A DNA stretch of 64,000 bases from Candidatus Poribacteria bacterium (lineage in GTDB: Bacteria > Poribacteria > WGA-4E > WGA-3G), in assembly GCA_965242965.1 (NCBI GenBank), contig OZ251518.1:5408001-5472000 (forward strand), in the 5' to 3' direction. Shown here in pieces: positions 20,780-30,031 of the stretch (position 1 is its first letter; each line of letters begins with the position of its first letter). Under the pieces are notes generated by a model. It saw only the letters and a program-made list of their open reading frames with translations. It searched no databases and had not been told where the DNA came from. The position numbers were made by a program, and so were the translations under genes.

Positions 20780-21790
20780 ACAGGCCCCCGCGCTCCGTTT
20801 CCTGAGGGTTTCTTTCTTCCACCGTAGGGCGAGGGCCTGTCCCTCGCCATGCAACGTTCGCAGGGGAAACCCTCTCGGATGCGCGTATGGCATCCGAGGG
20901 CCCCCGCGCTACGGTAGGTGAGGCCGTCCGTGTTCCCGTAGGGCGAGGGCCTGTCCCTCGCCATGCTGCGGTCTATCGGACATTCGCGGGGGACAGGCCC
21001 CCGCATTGTCCATCGTCAAGTTATGTCTTTAGGTCCTTTAGGACCTACGTGTCTATAGAAAAACGTGCCGGCCCACGTCAAGGTCCTTTAGGTCCTTAAT
21101 AAAAACCACGCGGCCCTGGCAAAATCCATTAAGGACCTAAAGGACCTTAGGCTTCTTCGCGGGTGCGCGTGCTATAGACATTCAGGTCCTACGGACCTAA
21201 GAGACGTTTTTTCATCGTCGTGCGGGGGGGCTCGGATGCCTCCCGGTCTCGACAAACACCGGTAGGAGAGACCTCCTGGTCTCAATGTTCCCGTAGCGCG
21301 GGGCCCCTCGGATGCCACCCGCGCATCCGAGCGGGTTTCCCCCGCGATGGCTCAAGAACTGTTTTTTTTATCGTAGCGCGGGGCCCCGTTCCCTGCGTTG
21401 TCCATCGTCAAGTTATGTCTTTAGGTCCTTTAGGACCTACATGTCTATAGAAACACGTGCCGGTCCCATGTCAAGGTCCTTTAGGTCCTTAATAAAAACC
21501 ACGCGGCCCTGGCAAAATCCATTAAGGACCTAAAGGACCTTAGGGCTCTTTTCGTGCTGGCGTGCTATAGACATTAAGGTCCTACGGACCTAAGAGAATG
21601 CGCGCCGTTTTTTTTTCGTTCTCCTCTCTCTGTAGTTTGTGATCGCCTGATCACAAACAGGTCAAGATCGGGCGATCTTGACCTACAGATATGAAGGAGG
21701 ATTTGCAGGAGAAGGAGGGAATACATTGAGACCGGGAGGTCTCTCCTACCGGGGATGCATCGAGACCAGGAGGTCTCTCCTACGGGGGCG
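20780..21790. repeat. ~1 kb intergenic cluster of REP-like hairpins including two copies of the ~200 bp AGGACCT repeat
   Basis: Multiple GTAGGGCGAGGGCCTGTCCCTCGCC, GAGACC-GGTCTC and GTTTGTGATC-GATCACAAAC hairpins; no credible ORF. Confidence 0.75.
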
Positions 21791-21793
21791 CGC

Positions 21794-24700
21794 CTACATG
21801 CAGGGTTCAGATTTTTGCATGATGTCGCTGGCGGAGATTGTGACGCTTACTTTGGAAGTGGCGATGAGTTTTGCAAACGGGTCTTGGCAGAAGTATGGCT
21901 GCGGAATTGCATCGCAATGAAAGACGGTATAGAGCCAATAGCGTTTCCCGTGATTGGCAGCCTGCCGCCATTCGTTTGCGGTTAATTCAACACTCGCCAC
22001 ACCGCTGCGGCCTTTTACCTCAATGTATCGGATTTCGCCATCGGGACGTTCGGAGCGAAGATCGAACCCCTTTTTGAGGTGTGGGTCAGAGACATCTTCT
22101 ACCCGGGCACCGTGCTTGCGTTCGTAATTGATAACGGTTTGGATGGCAATTTTCTCTGCGTCTCGGAGCGTTTTCGTCGGGATTGCATCGTCAATGGGAG
22201 GTGGGATGACAAGTGCGCGAACATAGAGGGTTACGTCGCCGAGTCGGATATTTTCAATCTCTTCCATGAGTTTCGCTTCCGCCGCCTTACGTTTTGTCGG
22301 AATTGCGTCTAGTTCGCGTTCACAGGTGTTTAGTTTCGTTTGCGCCGCAGGCTTCTCGTTAGCGACATCCTTTTGAAGTTCGGGCCGCTGTTTGAGGAGC
22401 TCAGCCTTCCTCAGGTTAAAAGATCTTCGGATTTGAGTTTTCTTGGCTGCTAATTCAGACCGGAGTGCCTCGCGGATGCCAATAATCTTGGGCTCACCAA
22501 AGTGTTCGGAAACATAGGCTTGGACAGGCGAGATTTCGTCGGCAAGTGGCAGCAAGGATAACGTATCCGTGGAGAACGTCTTCGCTTTTTCTGGCTGCGG
22601 TGTGAGTGTCAACAAGAGATGGGCTGGTGCGGGTTCGCAGCGGCCATCTGAAAATTGCTTGACACCGGTGACTACCTCGTCAATGACGTGAGCGGCTTGG
22701 AGGACAGGCACTCTCGCGAGATAAAAGAGATAGGGTTCGTCTGCTTGTGTATCGGCGTAAATGGCACCCCGGTCGCCTTCGTCGGCAAACTTTTCCAAGA
22801 AGTCGGTTAATATTGCTTCAAAGATTGGTTCGCCCGGGTGCAGGAAGATTGCCTGCGGTTGCGCAACGTCTGCAGGAAGCGCGAGTTCGCGGGTGAAGGT
22901 TAACCGCTCGCGGAGGTTTGACGAATAGTTCTGGAATGCTTCCCTCACGGAATCTGGGCAAGCGGACACCTTGAAAATCCCCTCGGTTTCACCCTCAAGT
23001 TGATACCCGAGCAACGGTGTGATGTCTTCAAAGAAGGCTCGCGCATAAGCCGGCATCATGCGTGATGTTTCGGCGGATTCACGTTGCGCCTGAACATTCG
23101 TCAATAAACGCCTGACTTCGCTAGTCGGGACAGATTTTTGCTGTGCCGCCAGTTGATTTTTCACATTTTCCAGCGTGAACTGTGTGTTGATAGTCTGGAT
23201 GGATGCCTCGGTTTCGTCCTGCGCGATGGCTTGCGTGATGAGTTGGGATAGCGAGATGTCGCTGAATTGCTGTCCGATGACATCAAAAACCTTATCGTCG
23301 CTCAGTTCCTCGCGCATCTGCTCCAATTTCTCCAAGAGCACCTTCAAGACGCGGCCTTCGCGAGTATCCTGCGCGACGAGGTTCATCATAACGACAGGGC
23401 GCGTCTGTTTATACCGGTGGATACGTCCCATTCGTTGTTCAAGCCGCGCGGGATTCCACGGAATATCGTAATTTACCATCAACCAACAGAATTGCAGATT
23501 GATTCCTTCACCGGCTGCATCCGTTGCGACGAGGTATTGGGCACCGTCAGGGGCTCGGAAAAATTCGACTTGTTCTTCGCGCTCGCGATAGTTCATGCCG
23601 CCATGAATATGAGCAACTCTCCCGCTGAAACCCAATGCCTCTAACCGTCCGATGACAAAATCGAGGGTATCGCGATGCTCGGTGAAAATCAGGACTTTGG
23701 TGTCTTGGTAATCTTCCAATGCCGCCCACAAATTCTCAAACTTACTCTCGGACCGGCGTGCGTGAACGGCTTTCGCCAATTCGACGAGTTCGTGAACGTG
23801 GCGAATTTCTTCTGCCAAATCTGCTGTTGAACGCGCTGTTGTCGCTTCTGCTAGACGTTCATCGGCCCGTTCTGCTTCTTCCTGTTCTTCCTCGTCTCCC
23901 GTTTTCTCATCTCGGATGTCGCTATCGGGCAGTGCCGTTTGTGTTTTCCCGAACTGTGCTTCGGATAAGCTGCCTGCGCGGAGTTCGCGAAGCGTCGCCT
24001 GGAGTTTCGCCTCGCGCCGGATAAGGCTTTGCAACAGCGCGTGGGTTGAACTAGCGAGTCTACGTTGCAACACCATCATCGCCATTTTTGCGGCAGACCG
24101 GTTGTATTGGCCCGCCAGGTCAAAATAGGTTTCACAATACTCGGTGACGCTTTCATACAGGGACTGCTCGCTGATTTCTCCTGTCTTAAGCGGATAGGCG
24201 ATTGTCTGGCTCCGCCGCGGCGGGTAGATTAACTGCCCCTCAAAACTGATCATCTCCTCCTTCATTCTGCGGAGGAGGTGCTGCGATTTTTCCACGTCAG
24301 ACAGTTGTTCAAACGCTTTTTGTGCGGCGAGGGGTTCCGGCAACAGCAGCCGCCAGAGAAAATAGTAGGCATCGTTTTTGCCCATGTGTGGTGTCGCCGT
24401 GAGTAGTAGGAGACTCTTCCCTTCAGCGGCGATGCGTTCGGCGAGTTGGTATCGCTTCGATTTCGTTACCGTGCCGTCTGCCTCTCGGCGTGCGGATAAC
24501 TTATGCGCTTCGTCAAACACCACCAAATCGTAAGGCGGCGCGTCAAAGAGATGTGCCTGCATCCGTTCCTGGCGCAACGTATCCAGACTCACAATGGCAA
24601 GGCGATTTTCGGGGTGGGCAAACGGATTCGTCCTTGTGGCATCAGGACTGGACAGTATGCGAAAAGGGAGGCGGAAGCAGACTCGCAGCTCGCGTTCCCA

Positions 24701-25069
24701 GTTGCCGATGAGGCCGGCAGGTGGCACGATTAGGACACGTTCCACCTGCCGCCGCATGAGCAATTCTTGGATATAGAGCCCTGTCATGATCGTTTTTCCT
24801 GCACCGGCATCGTCAGCCAAGAGGAAGCGCAGTGGCGAATGTCTCAGGAGATGGTGGTATACGGCGATGAACTGGTGCGGCAACGGGTCGATCAGCGATG
24901 TCTCTGTCGCAAAAATCGGATTAAACAGATAGGCGTGCCGAAGCCGATGCGCTTCGGCAACAAGGCGCACCACATTTGCATCCGCACTAAAAGAATGAGA
25001 TACCCCCGGAGTCTGCACGCTTTCACGTTGCATATCACGCGTTCCGAACAAATTCTTCAACCGCATCAA
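21794..25069 (-). CDS. SNF2-family helicase with C-terminal DUF3883 nuclease-like domain
   Basis: LLADDAGAGKT, DEAH, TATPH, TDAAGEGINLQ, PWNPARLEQRMGR; C-terminal GFDLRS...IEVKGR...ELTANE. Start could instead be ATG 25066 or 25033. Confidence 0.88.
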   Translation of the reverse strand: MMRLKNLFGTRDMQRESVQTPGVSHSFSADANVVRLVAEAHRLRHAYLFNPIFATETSLIDPLPHQFIAVYHHLLRHSPLRFLLADDAGAGKTIMTGLYIQELLMRRQVERVLIVPPAGLIGNWERELRVCFRLPFRILSSPDATRTNPFAHPENRLAIVSLDTLRQERMQAHLFDAPPYDLVVFDEAHKLSARREADGTVTKSKRYQLAERIAAEGKSLLLLTATPHMGKNDAYYFLWRLLLPEPLAAQKAFEQLSDVEKSQHLLRRMKEEMISFEGQLIYPPRRSQTIAYPLKTGEISEQSLYESVTEYCETYFDLAGQYNRSAAKMAMMVLQRRLASSTHALLQSLIRREAKLQATLRELRAGSLSEAQFGKTQTALPDSDIRDEKTGDEEEQEEAERADERLAEATTARSTADLAEEIRHVHELVELAKAVHARRSESKFENLWAALEDYQDTKVLIFTEHRDTLDFVIGRLEALGFSGRVAHIHGGMNYREREEQVEFFRAPDGAQYLVATDAAGEGINLQFCWLMVNYDIPWNPARLEQRMGRIHRYKQTRPVVMMNLVAQDTREGRVLKVLLEKLEQMREELSDDKVFDVIGQQFSDISLSQLITQAIAQDETEASIQTINTQFTLENVKNQLAAQQKSVPTSEVRRLLTNVQAQRESAETSRMMPAYARAFFEDITPLLGYQLEGETEGIFKVSACPDSVREAFQNYSSNLRERLTFTRELALPADVAQPQAIFLHPGEPIFEAILTDFLEKFADEGDRGAIYADTQADEPYLFYLARVPVLQAAHVIDEVVTGVKQFSDGRCEPAPAHLLLTLTPQPEKAKTFSTDTLSLLPLADEISPVQAYVSEHFGEPKIIGIREALRSELAAKKTQIRRSFNLRKAELLKQRPELQKDVANEKPAAQTKLNTCERELDAIPTKRKAAEAKLMEEIENIRLGDVTLYVRALVIPPPIDDAIPTKTLRDAEKIAIQTVINYERKHGARVEDVSDPHLKKGFDLRSERPDGEIRYIEVKGRSGVASVELTANEWRQAANHGKRYWLYTVFHCDAIPQPYFCQDPFAKLIATSKVSVTISASDIMQKSEPCM

Positions 25070-26336
25070 TCTCCTTCGGGACGCTGTCTGTCAAAACTTC
25101 ACAACCCGATTCGGTGACGAGGATATCGTCCTCAATACGCACGCCGATGCCGAGATACGCCGCCGGCACGTTCTTCGTGTTTTCCGCGACGTAGATGCCC
25201 GGTTCGATTGTTATTACCATCCCCGGTTGGAAGGTTTTGAAATCGCCGTTCGGTTCGTGGACACAATTGACATCATGCACATCCAAGCCGAGCATGTGTC
25301 CGACCCGATACATGTAAAACGCCTCGTAAGCCTTTTTCTTGATTAATTTCTTTCTCTTCCCGGTCAGAATGCCGAGGCGGCGCATGCCATCTGTCAAAAG
25401 TTCGATCGATTTTTGGTGCGGTTCGTCAATGGATACACCGGGCCGAATGCAGTCAATGATGGCGTGTTGCGCCTCTAGCACCAACTGATAGATGTCGCGT
25501 TGCGCGTTGGTGAACGTGCCGTTGGCAGGGAAGGTGCGCGTCACGTCGCCGCAGTAACGTTCGCACTCGGCACCCGCGTCGATGAGGACAAGCGCGTCTT
25601 CCTCAATCTGGCAGTTATTCGTGGTGTAATGGAGCGTCGTGGCGTTCGCGCCGCTTGCGACGATGGTTGGGAAGGCGGTGCCGTTCGCGCCGTTATGACG
25701 GAACGTGGCATCAACGATTGCCTCCAATTCGTATTCATACATACCGGGTTGGACTGCCTGCATCGCCGCCAAGTGTCCTGCTACCGTGACTTCCGTTGCT
25801 TTCCGAATGCGGCGCAGTTCTTCATCGTTTTTGATGAGCCGCAGTTCGGCGAGGATGGGGCCCGGGTCTGTGAGTGTATCAAATCCTTTGCCTGAGCGGA
25901 TGCGTTCCTTCACCGAATGTGTGAAGAGATGCAGGATTTCGCTGTCCACTTCGTCATTGGAACCGAGCGAATAGTAGAGTCTGTCGGCATTTTTCAGGTA
26001 TCTGCCGATCTTCTCGCTGAATTTATCGATGGAATAGGCTCTATCTGCTCCGTAGTGGCGACGGGCATTTTTCACGCCGACGCGCTTGCCGCTCCAGGTT
26101 TCCGCCTTCTTGTCTTTCGGACGCACGAAGAGGATGTATTGGTGCTTCGGGTGTTCCGGTGCTAGAACGCAGATTGCTTCTGGCTCTTCAAACCCGGTGA
26201 GATAATAAAAATCCGGGTTTGGACGATAGAGGTGTTCGGTATCGTGATTGCGCATTGCGGGCGGCGTGCTAGCGAAGATGGCAACGCTCCGCGGTCCCAT
26301 TTTTTCGATGAGTGCTTTGCGATTCTGTTTATGCAA
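25035..26336 (-). CDS. pepP: Xaa-Pro aminopeptidase
   Basis: DFYYLTGFEEPEA, IDAG...DVTRTFP, GHMLGLDVHD, TIEPGIY, GVRIEDD. Confidence 0.93.
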   Translation of the reverse strand: MHKQNRKALIEKMGPRSVAIFASTPPAMRNHDTEHLYRPNPDFYYLTGFEEPEAICVLAPEHPKHQYILFVRPKDKKAETWSGKRVGVKNARRHYGADRAYSIDKFSEKIGRYLKNADRLYYSLGSNDEVDSEILHLFTHSVKERIRSGKGFDTLTDPGPILAELRLIKNDEELRRIRKATEVTVAGHLAAMQAVQPGMYEYELEAIVDATFRHNGANGTAFPTIVASGANATTLHYTTNNCQIEEDALVLIDAGAECERYCGDVTRTFPANGTFTNAQRDIYQLVLEAQHAIIDCIRPGVSIDEPHQKSIELLTDGMRRLGILTGKRKKLIKKKAYEAFYMYRVGHMLGLDVHDVNCVHEPNGDFKTFQPGMVITIEPGIYVAENTKNVPAAYLGIGVRIEDDILVTESGCEVLTDSVPKEIDAVEEFVRNA

Positions 26337-26558
26337 TGTTTTCTCCTTTTTGCGGTTCTTCCTCGTAGGGACTCGCGGGGGACAGGCCCCCGCGCTACGG
26401 GTTGTGTGAGGGTCTGTCCCTCATCATGCCAAGAAACAGCGAGGATCGCGGGGGACAGGCCCCCGCGCTACGGGCCGTGTGAAAGTCTATCCTTCACCGT
26501 GCCAGTGGATAGCGAGCCATCGCGGGGGACAGGCCCCGCGCTACGGGCTGTAAGTGGT

Positions 26559-28043
26559 TTAGGTATCTGCAGCCTCTTCCTTGACGTGAATGGCTACTAG
26601 AGCGTCAATGAGCGGCTCCAGTGTTTCGTGGAGTTCTTCATACCTACCTGTCAAGTTATCCAGGCTCGTTCTGAGGAATTTGTTGTCTTTCTCAAGAACG
26701 TTTACCACGACAGAAAGACTAGCAACTTCCTTGTGGAAGGCATCGTTTTCTTCCAGAAGGGTTTCCTGCTCTGCCATCAGCGTGTTGTGCGCTTGCGTTA
26801 TGGCGATGTGTTCCGCTTTCAGCTCAACGTGTTCTTCCTGCAGCGCGGTCTGCCTCTTGGTAAGCACGGCGTGACTGTTCTCAAGCGCGGCATGTTCTGC
26901 CGTTAAGGCGGCGTGGCTGTTCTCAAGTGCGGCATGTTCTGCCGTTAAGGCAGCGTGTCCGTCCTTAAGCGCGGCGTGTTCTGTCGTTAAGGCGGCGTAT
27001 CCCTCCGTGAGTGCGGCGTGTTCCGCCGTTAAGGTGGCGTGGCTATCCTGAATCGCTGCATGTTCTGCCGTTAAGGTGGCGTGGCTATCCTGAATCGCTG
27101 CATGTTCTGCCGTTAAGGTGGCATATCTGTCCTTAATCGCGGCATGTTCTACCGTTAAGGCAGCATATCTGTCCTTGAGCTCAGCGTGTTCTGTCCTCAG
27201 CGTTTCTTGTTCCGCTTTCAACGCGCTGTATTCTGTCCACAGGGCATCATACCTTTCACGAAGTTCGCGATTTTCGTTCTGAAGGGTAGTATAGCGGCGG
27301 TCGGACGTGCTCTGCAGTTCGCGGTACCGCTGTTCGGATTCTTCCTTCAGCGTTTCGTGTGCCACCCTCAGCGTGTCATGCTCTCCTTTCAGGTTAACAT
27401 GTTCGCTTTTCAGCGTTTCGTGTGCCACCCTCAGCGTGCCATGCTCTCCTTTCAGGGTGACATACTCGTCTTCCAGCGTTTCGTGTGCCACCCTCAGCGT
27501 GTCATGTTCGCTTTTCAAGGTAACATGTTCGCCTTCCAGCGTTTCGTGTGCCACCCTCAGCGTGTCATGTTCGCTTTTCAGCGTGTCATGCTCATTTTTC
27601 AGGGTAGTATAGCGGCGGTCGGACGTGCTCTGCAGTTCGCGGTACTGATGCTCCGATTCCGCCTTGAAGGTGTCGTATGCCACCTGCAGCGTGTCATGCT
27701 CGCCTTGAAGGATAGTATGACGGCTGTCTGTCGCGCTCTGCAGTAGGCAATACCGATGCTCCGATTCCGCTTTCAAGGTGTCGTGTGCCTCCTTTAGGGT
27801 GTCATGCTCGCCTTGAAGGGTAGTATAGCGGCGGTCGGACGTGCTCTGCAGTAGGCGGTACCGATGCTCCGATTCCGCCTTAAAGGTGTCGTATGCCACC
27901 TGATCGCGATGGCGTTGCGCTTCGGACTCTTTCAGCTCCTTTGCAATCCGGTCAGTCCGTTTTTTCTGCAACCATAAGGCGACTATCCCAATGCTTACGA
28001 TACCGATATCTATAACATTAAACGACAGCCAAGTGAATTCCAT
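26559..28043 (-). CDS. Membrane-anchored long coiled-coil protein with His-rich heptad repeats
   Basis: N-terminal TM helix; tandem heptads TLKSEHD/TLRVAHE/ALTAEHA encoded by 21-nt-based repeats. Confidence 0.7.
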   Translation of the reverse strand: MEFTWLSFNVIDIGIVSIGIVALWLQKKRTDRIAKELKESEAQRHRDQVAYDTFKAESEHRYRLLQSTSDRRYTTLQGEHDTLKEAHDTLKAESEHRYCLLQSATDSRHTILQGEHDTLQVAYDTFKAESEHQYRELQSTSDRRYTTLKNEHDTLKSEHDTLRVAHETLEGEHVTLKSEHDTLRVAHETLEDEYVTLKGEHGTLRVAHETLKSEHVNLKGEHDTLRVAHETLKEESEQRYRELQSTSDRRYTTLQNENRELRERYDALWTEYSALKAEQETLRTEHAELKDRYAALTVEHAAIKDRYATLTAEHAAIQDSHATLTAEHAAIQDSHATLTAEHAALTEGYAALTTEHAALKDGHAALTAEHAALENSHAALTAEHAALENSHAVLTKRQTALQEEHVELKAEHIAITQAHNTLMAEQETLLEENDAFHKEVASLSVVVNVLEKDNKFLRTSLDNLTGRYEELHETLEPLIDALVAIHVKEEAADT

Positions 28044-28235
28044 TTTTCTTTTCGTTCCTTTGTTAGAGTGAGGCAGATCTCGTAATCCGCCGTTTTTTCA
28101 GTTTTTGCAGACATTGCGCTTGATTAAAAACGCGATTTGCGATTACTTAATATATTATATCATAACCTGCAAAAAATGTCAAAGTTAAATTTTCCCTTGA
28201 TAGCAAAACAGATTTCTGATATATTACTCTCCGTT

Positions 28236-28928
28236 ATGAACACCGAATACCAGAAAAAAATCGCAGCAGAAAAAGCCACAGAGGAGATTTGCCCCGGGAT
28301 GGTTGTCGGGCTAGGCACCGGTTCTACCGTCTATTACGCCCTCCTGAAAATCGGGACTTTGGTGAGAGATGGGTTGGAGATTGTCGGTATCCCTACGTCT
28401 GAAAGCACCGAGAAAATCGCTACTGCGCAAGGCATTCCGCTCTCAACACTAGCGGCGCACCCAACAATCAATCTGACGATTGATGGCGCAGACGAAGTCG
28501 ATCTTCGCTTGAACCTCATCAAAGGCGGCGGCGCGGCGTTAGTGCGGGAAAAGATTATCGCCAACGCCTCACAACGCATCCTGATCGTCGTTGATGAAAG
28601 TAAGTGCTCGCAGGTTCTCGGCACCAATTTTCCGCTTCCCGTGGAGATTGTCCAATTCGGATGGGAGGCGACACAGAGAGCCGTTAATCAGTGCTGTGGA
28701 AGTTCTACTTTGCGCGGCGGGAACAAACATCCGCTCGTCACCGATAACGGAAACTATATTCTCGATTGTGACTTCAGTCAAGTTGGCGGGATTACGGAAC
28801 CCGCGAAGGTTGAATTAGCGTTAAATAACCTACCCGGTGTGGTAGAAAACGGGATTTTCGTCAATCGCGCCGATAAAGTCATCGTCGGAACGTCTACCGG
28901 CATTCGTTATATGGAGGCAGACTTATGA
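28236..28928 (+). CDS. rpiA: Ribose-5-phosphate isomerase A
   Basis: VGLGTGST, IDGADEVD, LIKGGGAALVREKI, TDNGN; start ATG 28236 after TTGATA-N17-TATATT. Confidence 0.95.
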   Translation: MNTEYQKKIAAEKATEEICPGMVVGLGTGSTVYYALLKIGTLVRDGLEIVGIPTSESTEKIATAQGIPLSTLAAHPTINLTIDGADEVDLRLNLIKGGGAALVREKIIANASQRILIVVDESKCSQVLGTNFPLPVEIVQFGWEATQRAVNQCCGSSTLRGGNKHPLVTDNGNYILDCDFSQVGGITEPAKVELALNNLPGVVENGIFVNRADKVIVGTSTGIRYMEADL

Positions 28929-29719
28929 TGCATCCAAAAAACGGCTGCTGGCTCATGCTTATCGCGTGTCTCCTGCTTCCGAACGTTGTCAACGGTGCGA
29001 TGTTTACCGAAAGCGGCTTGATGGATATTCCCACCGGCGGTGTGCTGAAACACGGGATATTCGGCGCGGGAACGTCCCTCGCTTTTGAGAATTCGCAGGG
29101 TGAGAACGCGCAGTGGACTCATGAAACCGCGCTGCGCCTCAACTTCGGGCTGTTTGATAGCGTGGAGATGGGGCTGTCACACCAAAACCGGGCAACAGGT
29201 GTGTTGGCTCATCTGAAAGCGCAACTCTTAAAAGAATCAGGGGCGATTCCGAGTGTGGCGATAGGCGTTGAGAACCTTCTGGCGGAAGAAACTGACTTTT
29301 CGCAAACCGCGCGCTCCGAATTTCTCGTCGTCAGTAAGACCTTCAATTTACCGAAGATCCACCTGATTTCCGGTCACATCGGCATCGGGCGCGGGCGTTT
29401 TGCATCCGAAGACCGGGGTATCGGCCCATTTGTCGGCCCATTTGTCGGAATAAGCACCGAATTCCATCCAGCCTTCGCAAGAGGCGATATCGCTCTCAGC
29501 CTTGAATTTGATGGCAGCGGCGTGAACGCCGGCATCCGGCATACTGCCACGAGTGGACTGCAGTTCGCGCTTGGCATTGAGGCATTGAATACTCCCGAAG
29601 AGGCACGCTACCTCGTCGCTATCTCCTGGTCCAACGCGCAAGTCATGGAGCAGATAGCGGCGGCGAAACGGTTGGCAAAACAGGCTGCACTCGTGCGCAA
29701 GTCGGCATCGAACAACTAG
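28925..29719 (+). CDS. Exported outer-membrane beta-strand protein (YjbH-like domain)
   Basis: Signal peptide; SGLMDIPT, LK.QLLKE...PSVAIG, FLVVSKTF patterns. Confidence 0.55.
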   Translation: MMHPKNGCWLMLIACLLLPNVVNGAMFTESGLMDIPTGGVLKHGIFGAGTSLAFENSQGENAQWTHETALRLNFGLFDSVEMGLSHQNRATGVLAHLKAQLLKESGAIPSVAIGVENLLAEETDFSQTARSEFLVVSKTFNLPKIHLISGHIGIGRGRFASEDRGIGPFVGPFVGISTEFHPAFARGDIALSLEFDGSGVNAGIRHTATSGLQFALGIEALNTPEEARYLVAISWSNAQVMEQIAAAKRLAKQAALVRKSASNN

Positions 29720-30021
29720 CGGCTTCCCGCTACCACGCGAAGAATGGCATCGAAATCGTCAACGGCTGACGTTTTGTTACGTCTTTCAACGGCGCACTTC
29801 GTGCAGCGGTGGTGCAGGATGTAAGTGCCTCGTTTTTGCGTCACGGCGACAGGTTCCATCATCCCGCGGCATGTTTCACCCCGGTCGCCGGGGTTGACAT
29901 CGACGTGCCGGCTCCACAGGCATTCGGGACAGTGGTTGGTGTAGCCGTTTCCTTCAACAAACGCGCCGCAATTGCCGCAGGTGAAATTTTCGATGTGGCG
30001 TTGGAATTGTTTGTTCATCAT
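29716..30021 (-). CDS. RNHCP domain zinc-binding protein
   Basis: FTCGNCG...YTNHCPECLWSRHVD.NPGDR...CRGMMEP...HRCTKC. Confidence 0.85.
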   Translation of the reverse strand: MMNKQFQRHIENFTCGNCGAFVEGNGYTNHCPECLWSRHVDVNPGDRGETCRGMMEPVAVTQKRGTYILHHRCTKCAVERRNKTSAVDDFDAILRVVAGSR

Positions 30022-30031
30022 TGAGTGAGTC

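Noticed and set aside
20709-21985. Short ORFs containing [21 protein letters not shown] peptides (also elsewhere in the window)
   Set aside because: Translations of non-coding REP hairpins.
25280-25320. Tyr in place of a usually conserved His in PepP (YMYRVGH)
   Set aside because: Metal ligands appear intact; a single substitution is too weak to support a functional claim.
26373-26548. Three 28-bp repeats with ~45-bp spacers
   Set aside because: Spacers are homologous to each other and the repeat is the common REP hairpin, so not CRISPR.
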